Shown: piece by piece, positions 1-9,916 of the stretch
Position numbering within the stretch: the stretch's first letter is position 1
How the letters are laid out: each line of letters begins with the position of its first letter
Assembly (NCBI GenBank): GCA_964619175.1
Contig: CAZUEE010000002.1
Coordinates: 1 to 61,656 of the forward strand
Direction: 5' to 3'
Origin: an uncultured Brachyspira sp.
GTDB lineage: Bacteria; Spirochaetota; Brachyspiria; Brachyspirales; Brachyspiraceae
DNA: 61,656 nucleotides
The notes under the pieces: generated by a model
What the model was told of the DNA's origin: nothing
Databases searched by the model: none
What the model saw: the letters and a program-made list of their open reading frames with translations, nothing else
Program-made: the position numbers and the translations under genes

Positions 1-159
1 GTAATAAGACGCTCCCAAATGATTTAAAGCCTCTTCGTTATTAGGATTAAGTTTTAAAAATTCCGAAAGCGTTTTTATAGCATCTTCGTATTTTTCATTT
101 TCAAAATAAGTTTTACCAAGAGAAAACAAATCGTCTTCTTTATTATTAATTTCTTTCAT
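1..159 (-). CDS. TPR-repeat protein, N-terminal part (runs off the window)
   Basis: Manual translation from ATG at 159: MKEINNKEDDLFSLGKTYFENEKYEDAIKTLSEFLKLNPNNEEALNHLGASYY, a TPR pattern. RBS TAGGAG upstream. Not in the ORF track. Confidence 0.8.
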   Translation of the reverse strand, partial: MKEINNKEDDLFSLGKTYFENEKYEDAIKTLSEFLKLNPNNEEALNHLGASYY

Positions 160-293
160 ACCTACTCCTAATTTTTACTATTTTTTATTATATTATATTT
201 GTATATTTTTACAAGAGCATTTAATAGAGATTATATTAAAATATTTTAATTTATCAAAAGTAAGATTGACAATATATTATAAAAATGTAAATT

Positions 294-1118
294 TTATTCC
301 TTAACTGCTCCACCCATAATCCCAGAAATGAAATATTTACTTGAAAATAAAAATGCTATTAGAATCGGCAATACGGCAAAAATTGCTCCAACCATAATCT
401 GCCCATAATCTATACGGGTATCTCCTTTTAATACTGAAAGAGCCACAGGTAAAGTATACATATTCTCAGTATTAAGTATTATTAAAGGCCATGTAAAATC
501 ACTCCATTGCCCCATGAATATATATATCCCCAAAGCTACTAAAGAAGGAGTCATTAATGGCATAACAATTTTAAAGAAAATATATATTTCGCTTGCTCCG
601 TCCAGTCTTGCTGCTTCTATTAAAGCATCTGGAATACTCATGAAATTCTGCCTCATTAAAAAAACACCAAAAGCTCCTGCCAATCCCGGCAATATAAGAG
701 CTATATGGGTATTTTGTAAATTGGCAAAACTCATCATTCTATATAAAGGTATTAATCTACTATATATAGGAATCATCATTGATAATAATACGCAGGTAAA
801 CAATAATTTTTTTCCTCTAAATTCGAATTTAGCAAAAGCATATCCAGAAAAAGAACATAGTAATAAATTTAAGATAGTAAATATAATTGAAACTTTCAAA
901 GAATTAAATAATGCCGTCCATATAGGAATTCTATTTGTCAATGAGTTTAAATTTTCAAAAAAATAATTCCCAAAGAATATCGGCGGAACATTCATAAATA
1001 TTTCTCCCGAACTTTTTGTAGCTGCCACAAACATAAAATAAATTGGATATACGCTAAAAAATGCTCCTATTGATAAAATTAAGTATAGCAATATTGTAGT
1101 GGGTTTTATTTTTTTCAT
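294..1118 (-). CDS. Carbohydrate ABC transporter permease (MalG-like)
   Basis: Hydrophobic 274 aa with EAA loop (LIEAARLDGAS). Confidence 0.92.
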   Translation of the reverse strand: MKKIKPTTILLYLILSIGAFFSVYPIYFMFVAATKSSGEIFMNVPPIFFGNYFFENLNSLTNRIPIWTALFNSLKVSIIFTILNLLLCSFSGYAFAKFEFRGKKLLFTCVLLSMMIPIYSRLIPLYRMMSFANLQNTHIALILPGLAGAFGVFLMRQNFMSIPDALIEAARLDGASEIYIFFKIVMPLMTPSLVALGIYIFMGQWSDFTWPLIILNTENMYTLPVALSVLKGDTRIDYGQIMVGAIFAVLPILIAFLFSSKYFISGIMGGAVKE

Positions 1119-1978
1119 TAATCCTCCCTTCTTTCTCCAATTTTTAATTGCAAATAAGTCAAAGTTCCTACTATAATAAGAATTATAACGGATATAGTTG
1201 AAGCATACGGCATATTTAGAGATACAAATGCTTGATTGTATATATATAATCCTAAAGTCATTGTCCCATTATTAGGACCGCCATTTGTTAATAAAAAAGG
1301 TTCTGTAAACAAATTTAATGTCCCTATAGTAGACATTATAGAAGTAAAAAGAATAATAGGCTTTAAAGATGGCAATGTTATATATAAAAACTTTTGGAAA
1401 GAATTAGCTCTATCTATAGTGGCAGCTTCATAGTAATCTTCAGGAATATTTTGAATAGCCGCAAGAAATAATATCATATTATATCCCGTCCAACGCCATG
1501 ATACAACTATAATAATTAAAATTTTTGCAGGTATAGACTGCTTTAACCATGCTATATTTTCTATTCCCAATTTAGATAATAAAAAATTAGCGATTCCTCT
1601 ATCTTGAAATATTAATAAGAATATCATACTATATGCAACCGCATCTACTAATACCGGAATAAAATACGATGCCTCAAAAAATGATTTTAATTTTTTTATT
1701 CCCCTATGTATGATACTAGCCAGCAATGTGCATGTTATAAGCATTATAGGTAATCTTATTATGTAGAATATAAAAGAATTGATAAGAGCTGTTCTAAATA
1801 CATTATCTCCAAATAGTCTTTGATAATTTTTAATACCATTAAATATCAATTCCCCTCTTTTTTGTGTCATAAAACTTAATATTATAGTTTCAATAAATGG
1901 CCAGAAATTAAATAATACTAAACTGATTATTACGGGTATTGATAAATAAAATCCAAATCTACTCGAATATTTTTTCAT
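1118..1978 (-). CDS. Carbohydrate ABC transporter permease (MalF-like)
   Basis: EAA loop (YYEAATIDRAN), LTNGGP motif; stop overlaps the next start. Confidence 0.92.
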   Translation of the reverse strand: MKKYSSRFGFYLSIPVIISLVLFNFWPFIETIILSFMTQKRGELIFNGIKNYQRLFGDNVFRTALINSFIFYIIRLPIMLITCTLLASIIHRGIKKLKSFFEASYFIPVLVDAVAYSMIFLLIFQDRGIANFLLSKLGIENIAWLKQSIPAKILIIIVVSWRWTGYNMILFLAAIQNIPEDYYEAATIDRANSFQKFLYITLPSLKPIILFTSIMSTIGTLNLFTEPFLLTNGGPNNGTMTLGLYIYNQAFVSLNMPYASTISVIILIIVGTLTYLQLKIGERRED

Positions 1979-2015
1979 AGGATGCCCTCACCTTTTATTT
2001 TCTTAATTTATATAT

Positions 2016-3335
2016 TTATTCTGCAATATCCACGCCTGTATTATTTTTAAGTTGTTGGGCAGTATATTTTAATATTTGTTCAGGGTCGGTTTTATCGTTA
2101 ACTATTGCTTGATATGCTGATTCCATAAGTATTTGCGTATCAGGAAATATTTCAGTATATTTAGCAGCAAGAGGCATCATTTTAATTAATTCTGGAATTA
2201 ATTCGTTAAAACCTTTTCCAAAATAAGGGTCTTCTTCATAGAATTCATCAACTTCATAGGTAGGTAAATAAGTCGGTAGAAGTCCGTATTTCTTAAATGC
2301 AAGTAATTGGTTTTCAACGGTTAACATTGCATTTTTAGCAAATTCAACCGCAGCGGTTTGTTTTATGGTATCTCCCATATTTATTATTGCGCCAGAAGCT
2401 CCTCCCCATATAGAGGTTTTTATATCTCCTTCATTTAATACGGGCAAAAAAGTTACCTTCCATTTGCCTTTCATTTCAGGCGCTTGGTCTTTCAAAGTTC
2501 CACCCCACCAAATACCGTAAGGAATACTTGCTATATCATCCGTTTTGCATGCCCTTATAGTTCCAGTCCAATCGGTAGTATCAAAAGCTATGCCTTCTAA
2601 TACCAACCTTTGTATAAGTTTACCCGCTTCTATTGCTTCTTTTGAAGACACGGCTATTTTACCATCTTTAGTAAAATAATCTTTATTCTGTTGTAACATA
2701 ATAGCTCTTATAAAATGAGAAAAACCTTGAGGAAAAGGCATACCTATCATTTTAGTATTAGGAAGAGCGGTTTGTAATTTTTTACCTGCATTTATATAAT
2801 CATCCCAAGTTACTATATCATTTATATTTATTCCAGATTTTCTAAATAAATCTTCTCTATAGAATAATACGCCAATTCCTATTCCAAATGGCATAACTAC
2901 TTGTTTACCGTTAGAATCAAAACTGGTAGGTATTTTTGAAGGAGCTACTATATTACTCCAATTATCAGGCATTTTGTCTTTCAAATCTAAAATATATTTA
3001 TGATAATTTTCAGTAATTAATGGAACATCGACATCTTCAATCATAATTAAATTAGGTAAATCGGAATTAGCCCCTAAAGCAATGAAAAGCTTTTGTTTTA
3101 ATGCGGCTGACCCACCAAATTCCGTTACATTAACTTTTATTTTAGGATAAATGTTATTAAACGATTCTACCGTATCTTGTAAATGAGATGCCGCAACATT
3201 CCAGCCCCATACTTCTATAGTGGTTTCGGTATCCGAATTTATTGTAGTCCATGCCTCCGAATCATCTTTAGAATTTTTAGAACAAGAAATTAATAGAAAA
3301 ACTATATTTAGAATAATTATATAATATTTTAACAT
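2016..3335 (-). CDS. Sugar ABC substrate-binding lipoprotein
   Basis: Lipobox LLISC; family-1 SBP motifs (IEVWGWN, LFYREDLF, TWDDY); upstream of two permeases. Confidence 0.9.
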   Translation of the reverse strand: MLKYYIIILNIVFLLISCSKNSKDDSEAWTTINSDTETTIEVWGWNVAASHLQDTVESFNNIYPKIKVNVTEFGGSAALKQKLFIALGANSDLPNLIMIEDVDVPLITENYHKYILDLKDKMPDNWSNIVAPSKIPTSFDSNGKQVVMPFGIGIGVLFYREDLFRKSGININDIVTWDDYINAGKKLQTALPNTKMIGMPFPQGFSHFIRAIMLQQNKDYFTKDGKIAVSSKEAIEAGKLIQRLVLEGIAFDTTDWTGTIRACKTDDIASIPYGIWWGGTLKDQAPEMKGKWKVTFLPVLNEGDIKTSIWGGASGAIINMGDTIKQTAAVEFAKNAMLTVENQLLAFKKYGLLPTYLPTYEVDEFYEEDPYFGKGFNELIPELIKMMPLAAKYTEIFPDTQILMESAYQAIVNDKTDPEQILKYTAQQLKNNTGVDIAE

Positions 3336-3369
3336 AATAAGCTCCTATAATTTTTAATTATATGGAGCA

Positions 3370-3397
3370 ATTATATAAAAAAAAAAAAAATAGTCAA
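3370..3397 (-). promoter_or_regulatory. Sigma70-type promoter with a poly(T)14 spacer
   Basis: Minus strand TTGACT (3397-3392), 16-nt spacer A-T14-A, TATAAT (3375-3370), about 35 nt upstream of the SBP start. Confidence 0.75.
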
Positions 3398-3428
3398 TAT
3401 TAAAATATGATTTGTTTAATAAAATTTG

Positions 3429-4775
3429 TTAATCTTCTATAGAAATGGATATATTCTCTATTTCTTTAATTTTATTAATGATAACACATTTTAGTATATC
3501 CATAACATCTTTATAATGAATATTATTAACTAAATTATTTAATTGAAAAGGGTCTTTCTTTAAATCATATAAAGAATGGCTTTTATAGTAATTGCTATCT
3601 TTATCAATAAATGGATTTTTATCTGGAGCATATATACAATATGAATAGTATTCCGTTCTTATTGCCCTTCCAACAAAACTTTCACTAATTTGCAAGAACA
3701 CTATATTTTCATGATTATTATCTAATATTATATCTTGTATTGCTTTGCCATCCATATTATTATTTTCTATACCTGCAATTTTTAATATGGTTGGAGGCAA
3801 GTCAATTAAACTTACAAATTTATTCTCTCTTTTGCCTATACTAAAACTATCACCATTTATTATTAGCGGAATATGAATAGACGCATCTTCTGGCGACCTT
3901 TTATAATCGTCTCTACCATCTTTTGGTAAATTTTTATTTCTGGTTTTAAAATGTGAACCGTGGTCGCTTGTATATATTATAACCGTATCATTAAATATAT
4001 TTTGTTCTTTTAATTTATTTACTATTCTACCAAAGTTATTGTCTATAGAATGGCAAGCGCCTAAATAATCTGGATAATTTTCTTTAGAATCTCCAAATCC
4101 TAATTGTTTTATATCTTTAGGAATCTTACAATTACCAAATTTATCCTTTGAATATTTAGGTCCTTCATACTTATTTTTATTATTTTGATGATGAGGTTCT
4201 ATATATGAAACGAATAGAAAAAAAGGTTTACTATTATCTTTTTTATCCAAAAAATCTAAAGCATAATCTGTTATAGCATCTACTCTATATTTCTCAAATT
4301 CAACTTTGTTCATATCTTTATCAAATAAATATCCTTTAAATCCATCGGAAGTAAGTTCAAGCACATCCGAAGCGACCCAATAATCTTTATAACCTCCCCT
4401 CTTCTCTTCTGGAATTGGATTAAAAATATAATCTTCAATACTATCTTTTCCACCTAAACCATTTGTAGCCAAATGCCATTTTCCTACATATGCTGTTTGA
4501 TAACCATTATTAGAAAGCAACTTTGATATTGTAGTTATATTTGTAGGAAGCGCTATAGCGTTTACAAATACGCCCGTTTTAGTTGAATATAATCCTGTTT
4601 GCAAAGATGCTCTGGCAGGACCGCATACGGGTTGACAAGTAAATGCATTATCAAATACCGTTCCTTCTTTTGCCAATTTATCTAAATTTGGAGTTACATT
4701 TAATTCTTGTCCATATATCCCCATAGTATCCCATCTTTGTTGGTCAGAAAATATAAATAAAATGTTCTTTTTCAT
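3429..4775 (-). CDS. Cys-type sulfatase (formylglycine-dependent)
   Basis: N-terminal NILFIFSDQQR, CxPxR signature CGPARASLQTG, GKWHL, SDHG. Confidence 0.93.
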   Translation of the reverse strand: MKKNILFIFSDQQRWDTMGIYGQELNVTPNLDKLAKEGTVFDNAFTCQPVCGPARASLQTGLYSTKTGVFVNAIALPTNITTISKLLSNNGYQTAYVGKWHLATNGLGGKDSIEDYIFNPIPEEKRGGYKDYWVASDVLELTSDGFKGYLFDKDMNKVEFEKYRVDAITDYALDFLDKKDNSKPFFLFVSYIEPHHQNNKNKYEGPKYSKDKFGNCKIPKDIKQLGFGDSKENYPDYLGACHSIDNNFGRIVNKLKEQNIFNDTVIIYTSDHGSHFKTRNKNLPKDGRDDYKRSPEDASIHIPLIINGDSFSIGKRENKFVSLIDLPPTILKIAGIENNNMDGKAIQDIILDNNHENIVFLQISESFVGRAIRTEYYSYCIYAPDKNPFIDKDSNYYKSHSLYDLKKDPFQLNNLVNNIHYKDVMDILKCVIINKIKEIENISISIED

Positions 4776-4912
4776 TGTAAAATACTCAATTCCAAAATAT
4801 ATATTATAAAAAATTTGTTATAGTATAATAAATTAAAAATATATTGTCAAGGTTTTTTGTAATCAATTTATTTTATATTGAAATTTAAAAATAAATAATT
4901 TAGTATATATTT

Positions 4913-6010
4913 ATGAGTAATATATCAGTTTTAATAAAACCTTCTTCTTCCGCTTGCAATATGAAATGTAAATATTGCTTTTATTTGGACGAAGCTAAAA
5001 ATAGAACCGTAGAAAATAATGGGATTATGAATGAAAATATAATGAAAAAAATTATAGATAAAATCATAGATAGTTCCTATAATAATATATTATTTTCTTT
5101 TCAAGGCGGTGAACCAACAATAGCTGGACTAGATTATTTTGAATCTTTTATAGATTATGTGAAATTTAAAAATGATAATAGATATAAAATTAATTATAGT
5201 ATTCAAACTAATGGTTTAATTATTGATGATAAATGGTGCAACCTATTTTACAATAACGAATTTTTAGTTGGGTTATCTTTTGATATTATAGAAGATATAC
5301 ATAATAAATATAGATTAGATATAAATGATAATGGATGTTCCTATGATAAGGTATTAAATACTAAATTATTATTTGATAAAGTTAATATCAAATATAATGT
5401 TCTAGCGGTTTTAACTTCGGAGTTATCAAAATATCCTGAAAAAATCTATGAAAAAATAAAAGAATTAGATATAAAATATACACAGTTTATACCTTGCCTA
5501 TCAGAATTATATAATGATAATGATTATGCTATAAATCCTAAAGATTTTTCTTATTTTTACAAAGAAATTTTTACTCTATGGAAAAAAGACTTTTTGAATG
5601 GTTTATATTATAGTATACAATTTTTTGATAATATAATTCCTCTTTTTGGCGGTTTTTTTACTCCGATGACCTGCGGTATAAATGGGACATGCCATAATCA
5701 AATGGTAATAGAGAGCAACGGCGATGTTTTTCCTTGTGATTTTTATTGTATAGATAAATATAAAATTGGAAATATAGTCGATGATGATTTAAAATATATA
5801 TACGATAATAAAAGAGTAAGAGATTTTATTTTTGAAAGAAAAGAAATATCTAATTTATGTTATTCATGTAATTATTTTGTATTTTGCAACGGAGGGTGTA
5901 AAAGAATGTTAAAAAATATGTATATAGACAATAATTTTTGTTGGTATAAAGATTTTTTAGATTTTTCTATTAACGATATAAGAAAAATCTGGAAAATAAT
6001 CTCAAAATAA
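4913..6010 (+). CDS. Anaerobic sulfatase-maturating radical SAM/SPASM enzyme
   Basis: CNMKCKYC, FQGGEP, Cys-rich SPASM tail (GDVFPCDFY; CYSC..CNGGC); divergent from the sulfatase. Confidence 0.92.
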   Translation: MSNISVLIKPSSSACNMKCKYCFYLDEAKNRTVENNGIMNENIMKKIIDKIIDSSYNNILFSFQGGEPTIAGLDYFESFIDYVKFKNDNRYKINYSIQTNGLIIDDKWCNLFYNNEFLVGLSFDIIEDIHNKYRLDINDNGCSYDKVLNTKLLFDKVNIKYNVLAVLTSELSKYPEKIYEKIKELDIKYTQFIPCLSELYNDNDYAINPKDFSYFYKEIFTLWKKDFLNGLYYSIQFFDNIIPLFGGFFTPMTCGINGTCHNQMVIESNGDVFPCDFYCIDKYKIGNIVDDDLKYIYDNKRVRDFIFERKEISNLCYSCNYFVFCNGGCKRMLKNMYIDNNFCWYKDFLDFSINDIRKIWKIISK

Positions 6011-6038
6011 TTTTTATATTATTCTAATTTAATTTATT

Positions 6039-6839
6039 ATGATAGTAGTATTTTTATTAGTTAGTTTTTTATCTTCGACTATAGGGGCAATTTGCGGAAT
6101 CGGAGGCGGAATTATAATAAAACCCGTTTTAGATTCTCTTAATGTTTTAGAAGTTAGTAAAATTAGTTTATTATCGTCTTGCACCGTTTTGTCTATGAGT
6201 TTATATGCTTTTGTCAACGCTAAAATATCGGGCAGTAGTAATGTGAACTTAAAAATAGCGACTCCTTTGGCTATAGGAGGAATATTTGGCGGAATAATTG
6301 GCAAAATATTATTTTCTAATATTATAATTTTTTTTAAAAGCGAAAATATAGCGGGAGTTTTTCAATCTTCAATACTAATAATTTTAACTATCATTACTTT
6401 ATTGTTTACTATCAAGAATATGGGAATAAATAAAATAAATTCTCTTCGTATAAATAATATATTTTTATGTTTAATTATAGGATTAATTTTAGGTTTATTA
6501 TCTTCGTTTTTAGGTATAGGCGGAGGTCCTTTTAATATAATGTTTTTATGTTTTTTCTTTAGTATGGATGAAAAAATATCGGCTGAAAATTCTCTCTACA
6601 TAATATTATTTTCTCAAATATCAAATGTATTTATAAGCGTAATTAAAAACGATTTTGCAAAAATCAATTTGTCTTTTTTGGTTATCATGATTTTAGGCGG
6701 AATTTTAGGCGGAGTTTTAGGACGATTAATTAACAAAAAAATAAATACTATTATATTTCAAAAATTATTTTTAATTATTCTTTTTATGATAATTTTGATT
6801 AGCGTATATAATTTGTATAATTTCTCAAAAAATATTTAG
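6039..6839 (+). CDS. TauE/SafE family sulfite/sulfonate exporter
   Basis: Polytopic membrane protein with duplicated GIGGG motifs. Confidence 0.85.
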   Translation: MIVVFLLVSFLSSTIGAICGIGGGIIIKPVLDSLNVLEVSKISLLSSCTVLSMSLYAFVNAKISGSSNVNLKIATPLAIGGIFGGIIGKILFSNIIIFFKSENIAGVFQSSILIILTIITLLFTIKNMGINKINSLRINNIFLCLIIGLILGLLSSFLGIGGGPFNIMFLCFFFSMDEKISAENSLYIILFSQISNVFISVIKNDFAKINLSFLVIMILGGILGGVLGRLINKKINTIIFQKLFLIILFMIILISVYNLYNFSKNI

Positions 6840-6896
6840 TCTACGATGAATATTTTTTATATAAATTTTATATAATTTTTTATGCATCGCAGACTA
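6837..6896. terminator. Long hairpin between convergent genes
   Basis: Arms tagtctacgatgaata (6837-6852) and tatgcatcgcagacta (6881-6896) pair at 14/16 positions. Confidence 0.6.
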
Positions 6897-6919
6897 TAAT
6901 TTTAATTAATAAATTAACA

Positions 6920-7906
6920 TTAAAGATTATCGATTAAATCAAATCTAACATAAGTATTAACATCGACCGGCGCTTCGATAATTTCCGAATTTATAAATAT
7001 TTTCTGTTGAGCTTCATACCATTTGGCAGCGCTTCCATCCTCGAACGCTTTTTTAACATCGTCAGAAGTAAACCATATCGCCGTTTCTTTTTCTGCAGAT
7101 ACCGAATCGATTGGAGTTCCGTTTAATTTAGCTACTATTTCAACGGCTTCATCCATATTTGCATCTCTATAATCCATAGCTTTAAGTATGGCTCTTGAAA
7201 ATCTATTTACTATATCCGTATTATTTTCTATATAATCTGCGGTCGCTATCCAGCTGCTTGGAAATACCGCTTCGTCCAAATAATTGGTAATGGAAGTTAT
7301 TATTTGAACTTCGTCATTAAGTTGTTTAACTATTTCAAAAGTATAAGGCGCCCATACCGAAACGGCGTCAACTTTTTTGCCTATCATAGAAGATACTATA
7401 CCGCTAACATCCATATTAACTACATTGACATTATTTTTCGTTAAACCAACTCTTCTTAATGCTATATCCAATACTATATCGCCCGAAGTTCCAAGTTGAG
7501 TTCCTACGGTTTTTCCTCTCAAATCGCTTATTGTATTTATTTTAGCCCATTTTCCCGCTATAATTTGTTCTGATTTACTTAATCCGTTTGGAAAAAGTAT
7601 ATTGACTTTTCCTTGTATAGCCAACGAATGCGCTCCATGTCCTATATAGGCAAATTGTATATCACCCGAAAGCATAGCCGCCACTTCCGCAGGACCGTTT
7701 AAAAATTTTGCCAATTCCACATCTAAATTCTCTTCTTTGAAGAATCCTTTTTCTTGCGCTATAGCAGCCGCAGAGGTTCCAGCAAAATCTGCCAGATACG
7801 CAACTTTTATAGAGTCAAGTTCGGAAGATTTAGATTTCTCTTTGCATGATATTGATATAAATACCATAAATACCAATAACCCAATAACATAAATTATTCT
7901 TTTCAT
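6920..7906 (-). CDS. Sulfonate/taurine/nitrate-type ABC substrate-binding lipoprotein (SsuA/TauA-like)
   Basis: Lipobox ISISC; KGFFKEENLDVEL, DLRGKTVG, VDAVSVWAP motifs. Confidence 0.88.
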   Translation of the reverse strand: MKRIIYVIGLLVFMVFISISCKEKSKSSELDSIKVAYLADFAGTSAAAIAQEKGFFKEENLDVELAKFLNGPAEVAAMLSGDIQFAYIGHGAHSLAIQGKVNILFPNGLSKSEQIIAGKWAKINTISDLRGKTVGTQLGTSGDIVLDIALRRVGLTKNNVNVVNMDVSGIVSSMIGKKVDAVSVWAPYTFEIVKQLNDEVQIITSITNYLDEAVFPSSWIATADYIENNTDIVNRFSRAILKAMDYRDANMDEAVEIVAKLNGTPIDSVSAEKETAIWFTSDDVKKAFEDGSAAKWYEAQQKIFINSEIIEAPVDVNTYVRFDLIDNL

Positions 7907-8079
7907 GTTTTTCTCCTTTTGTATTTGTATTTTATTTATAATAATTTTACAATAATTTTTAATTTTTTAAATATTTAAAATTATTTTTTTAACCAATTAA
8001 AAGCAAAGATAATATAGTATAATTTAATTCAAAAATTTTTCTCATTTTCTATATTTTCTTTATCTTTTATTTTTATTAA

Positions 8080-8865
8080 TTATTTTTTCGTTTCCAAATA
8101 TTCTTGATATACCGATTGCCATAAACTATTTTTTATATTGTTAAATTCTTTAGATAATTTTGTTTCAGGCGACCTTGGATATTCTATAGGAACTTCTACT
8201 ATATTTTTTATTCTTCCCGGTCTCGGACTCATTATTACCACCCTTTGAGATAAAAATACGGCTTCCTCTACATCATGAGTGATAAAAAAACAAGTTTTCT
8301 TTTCTTTATCCCAAGTATTTAAAAGTTCCGTTTGTAATTGAGTTCTTGTTTGAGCGTCTAAAGCGCCAAAGGGTTCGTCCATAAGAAGTATATTTGGATT
8401 AACCGCATACGCTCTCGCTATGGCTACTCGCTGTTTCATACCGCCCGACAATTCTTTTGGATAAGAGTTTTTAAAATTTATTAAACCTACGGCATTAAGG
8501 TAATGTTCCACTATTTCGTTTATTTCTTTTTTAGATTTTTTTTGTATTTCGAGTCCAAAAGCCACATTTTTAGCTACCGTAAGCCATGGAAACAAAGCGT
8601 ATTGCTGAAACACGACTCCTCTATCTGTTCCCGTTCCGCTTATAATATTTCCGTCTATTTCTATTTTTCCAGAATTTGGAGTATCCAATCCCGCTATTAT
8701 ATTTAATAAAGTGCTTTTTCCACATCCTGAAGAACCGATAACGCATATAAATTCGTTTTCATAAATATCTAAATTAACATCGTCCAAAGCATGCACGTCG
8801 GCAGAAATTCCCTTATAAATTTTACTAACATTAGAAATTTTTACTTTTACTTCTCTATTTATCAT
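8080..8865 (-). CDS. Sulfonate/nitrate-type ABC ATPase (SsuB/TauB-like)
   Basis: GSSGCGKS, VFQQYALFPW, LSGGMKQR, DEPFGALDAQTR. Confidence 0.92.
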   Translation of the reverse strand: MINREVKVKISNVSKIYKGISADVHALDDVNLDIYENEFICVIGSSGCGKSTLLNIIAGLDTPNSGKIEIDGNIISGTGTDRGVVFQQYALFPWLTVAKNVAFGLEIQKKSKKEINEIVEHYLNAVGLINFKNSYPKELSGGMKQRVAIARAYAVNPNILLMDEPFGALDAQTRTQLQTELLNTWDKEKKTCFFITHDVEEAVFLSQRVVIMSPRPGRIKNIVEVPIEYPRSPETKLSKEFNNIKNSLWQSVYQEYLETKK

Positions 8866-8886
8866 AATAAATCTCTCTAATTGATT

Positions 8887-9657
8887 TTATCTTTTTTTCT
8901 TTTCCTGCCATACGGTAACTTTATTTTCTATTATACTTACTATAAGGTTTAATATTAAACCCGTTATTCCTATTATTATGATACCAAGCATAACTATATC
9001 CATTCTAAAATATAAACTCGCTTCTTGAATCATTTGCCCCAATCCTGCATTTGAGCCTGTCAATTCAGCGGCAATTAAAGTGGTCAGAGAAGCTCCAAGT
9101 CCCAAACGAGCTCCGACTAAAATATATGGAACCGAAGCCGGTATTACGACTTTAATAAAAATATCTTTATCTTTTGCTCCAAGAACTCTAGCCGCTTTAA
9201 TAAGAGTCGTATCTACTTCTCTAACGCCTTGATAAACGGTAATAATCATAACTAAAAAAGTAGATATAAATATAACTGTGATTTTTGCGCTCTCCCCTAC
9301 TCCTTGAGCCACTACCACAAGCGGTATATAAGCCAAAGCCGGAATATTTCTTACAAACTGAACTACGGGTTCTATCAATAATTGAATTGGTTGATACCAT
9401 CCCATTAAGAAAGCTATCGGTATAGATACTATAAAAGCTATACTAAATCCCGTTAATACTCTAAATAAACTTATTCCTATATGATGCAATAATTTGCCGT
9501 TTGATATTTCCCTTACAAAAGATGACAATACCTGTTTAGGACTCGCTATAACGGCTCCGGCTATAGAAGAAGATATAAGCTGCCATATTAACAAAGCTAT
9601 CAATATTGAAGCTACTGTAAATATATATTTGGCTTTTCCAATAGTTTTTTTATCCAT
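8887..9657 (-). CDS. Sulfonate/nitrate-type ABC permease (SsuC/TauC-like)
   Basis: ISLFRVLTGF, LIKAARVLGA, LIAAEL...GLG motifs. Confidence 0.9.
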   Translation of the reverse strand: MDKKTIGKAKYIFTVASILIALLIWQLISSSIAGAVIASPKQVLSSFVREISNGKLLHHIGISLFRVLTGFSIAFIVSIPIAFLMGWYQPIQLLIEPVVQFVRNIPALAYIPLVVVAQGVGESAKITVIFISTFLVMIITVYQGVREVDTTLIKAARVLGAKDKDIFIKVVIPASVPYILVGARLGLGASLTTLIAAELTGSNAGLGQMIQEASLYFRMDIVMLGIIIIGITGLILNLIVSIIENKVTVWQEKKKR

Positions 9658-9727
9658 AAATTAAATTCCTTTATAAAATATTAATTTTATTATAAATATT
9701 AGAAATATTAATTAATAGCCTTTTCTA

Positions 9728-9889
9728 TTATATCCACATATCTCCAAAAACCATAGCCGCTATTTCCAAACCTTCGTCCTTAAAATAATTCTGTTTAATC
9801 CTAGTTATAATTTCAGAATTAGTTTCTATATTTTTATCGCATGAAAATATAAAAATCGATAATAGCGTTGTAAATATAAATTTATTCAT
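9728..9889 (-). pseudogene. Remnant of a second SsuA/TauA-like binding lipoprotein (53 aa)
   Basis: Manual translation MNKFIFTTLLSIFIFSCDKNIETNSEIITRIKQNYFKDEGLEIAAMVFGDMWI*. Lipobox IFSC, RBS GGAG; YFKDEGLE/IAAMVFGD resembles FFKEENLD/VAAMLSGD of 6920..7906. Confidence 0.6.
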
Positions 9890-9916
9890 AATATATCGCT
9901 CCGTTATTTATTATTT

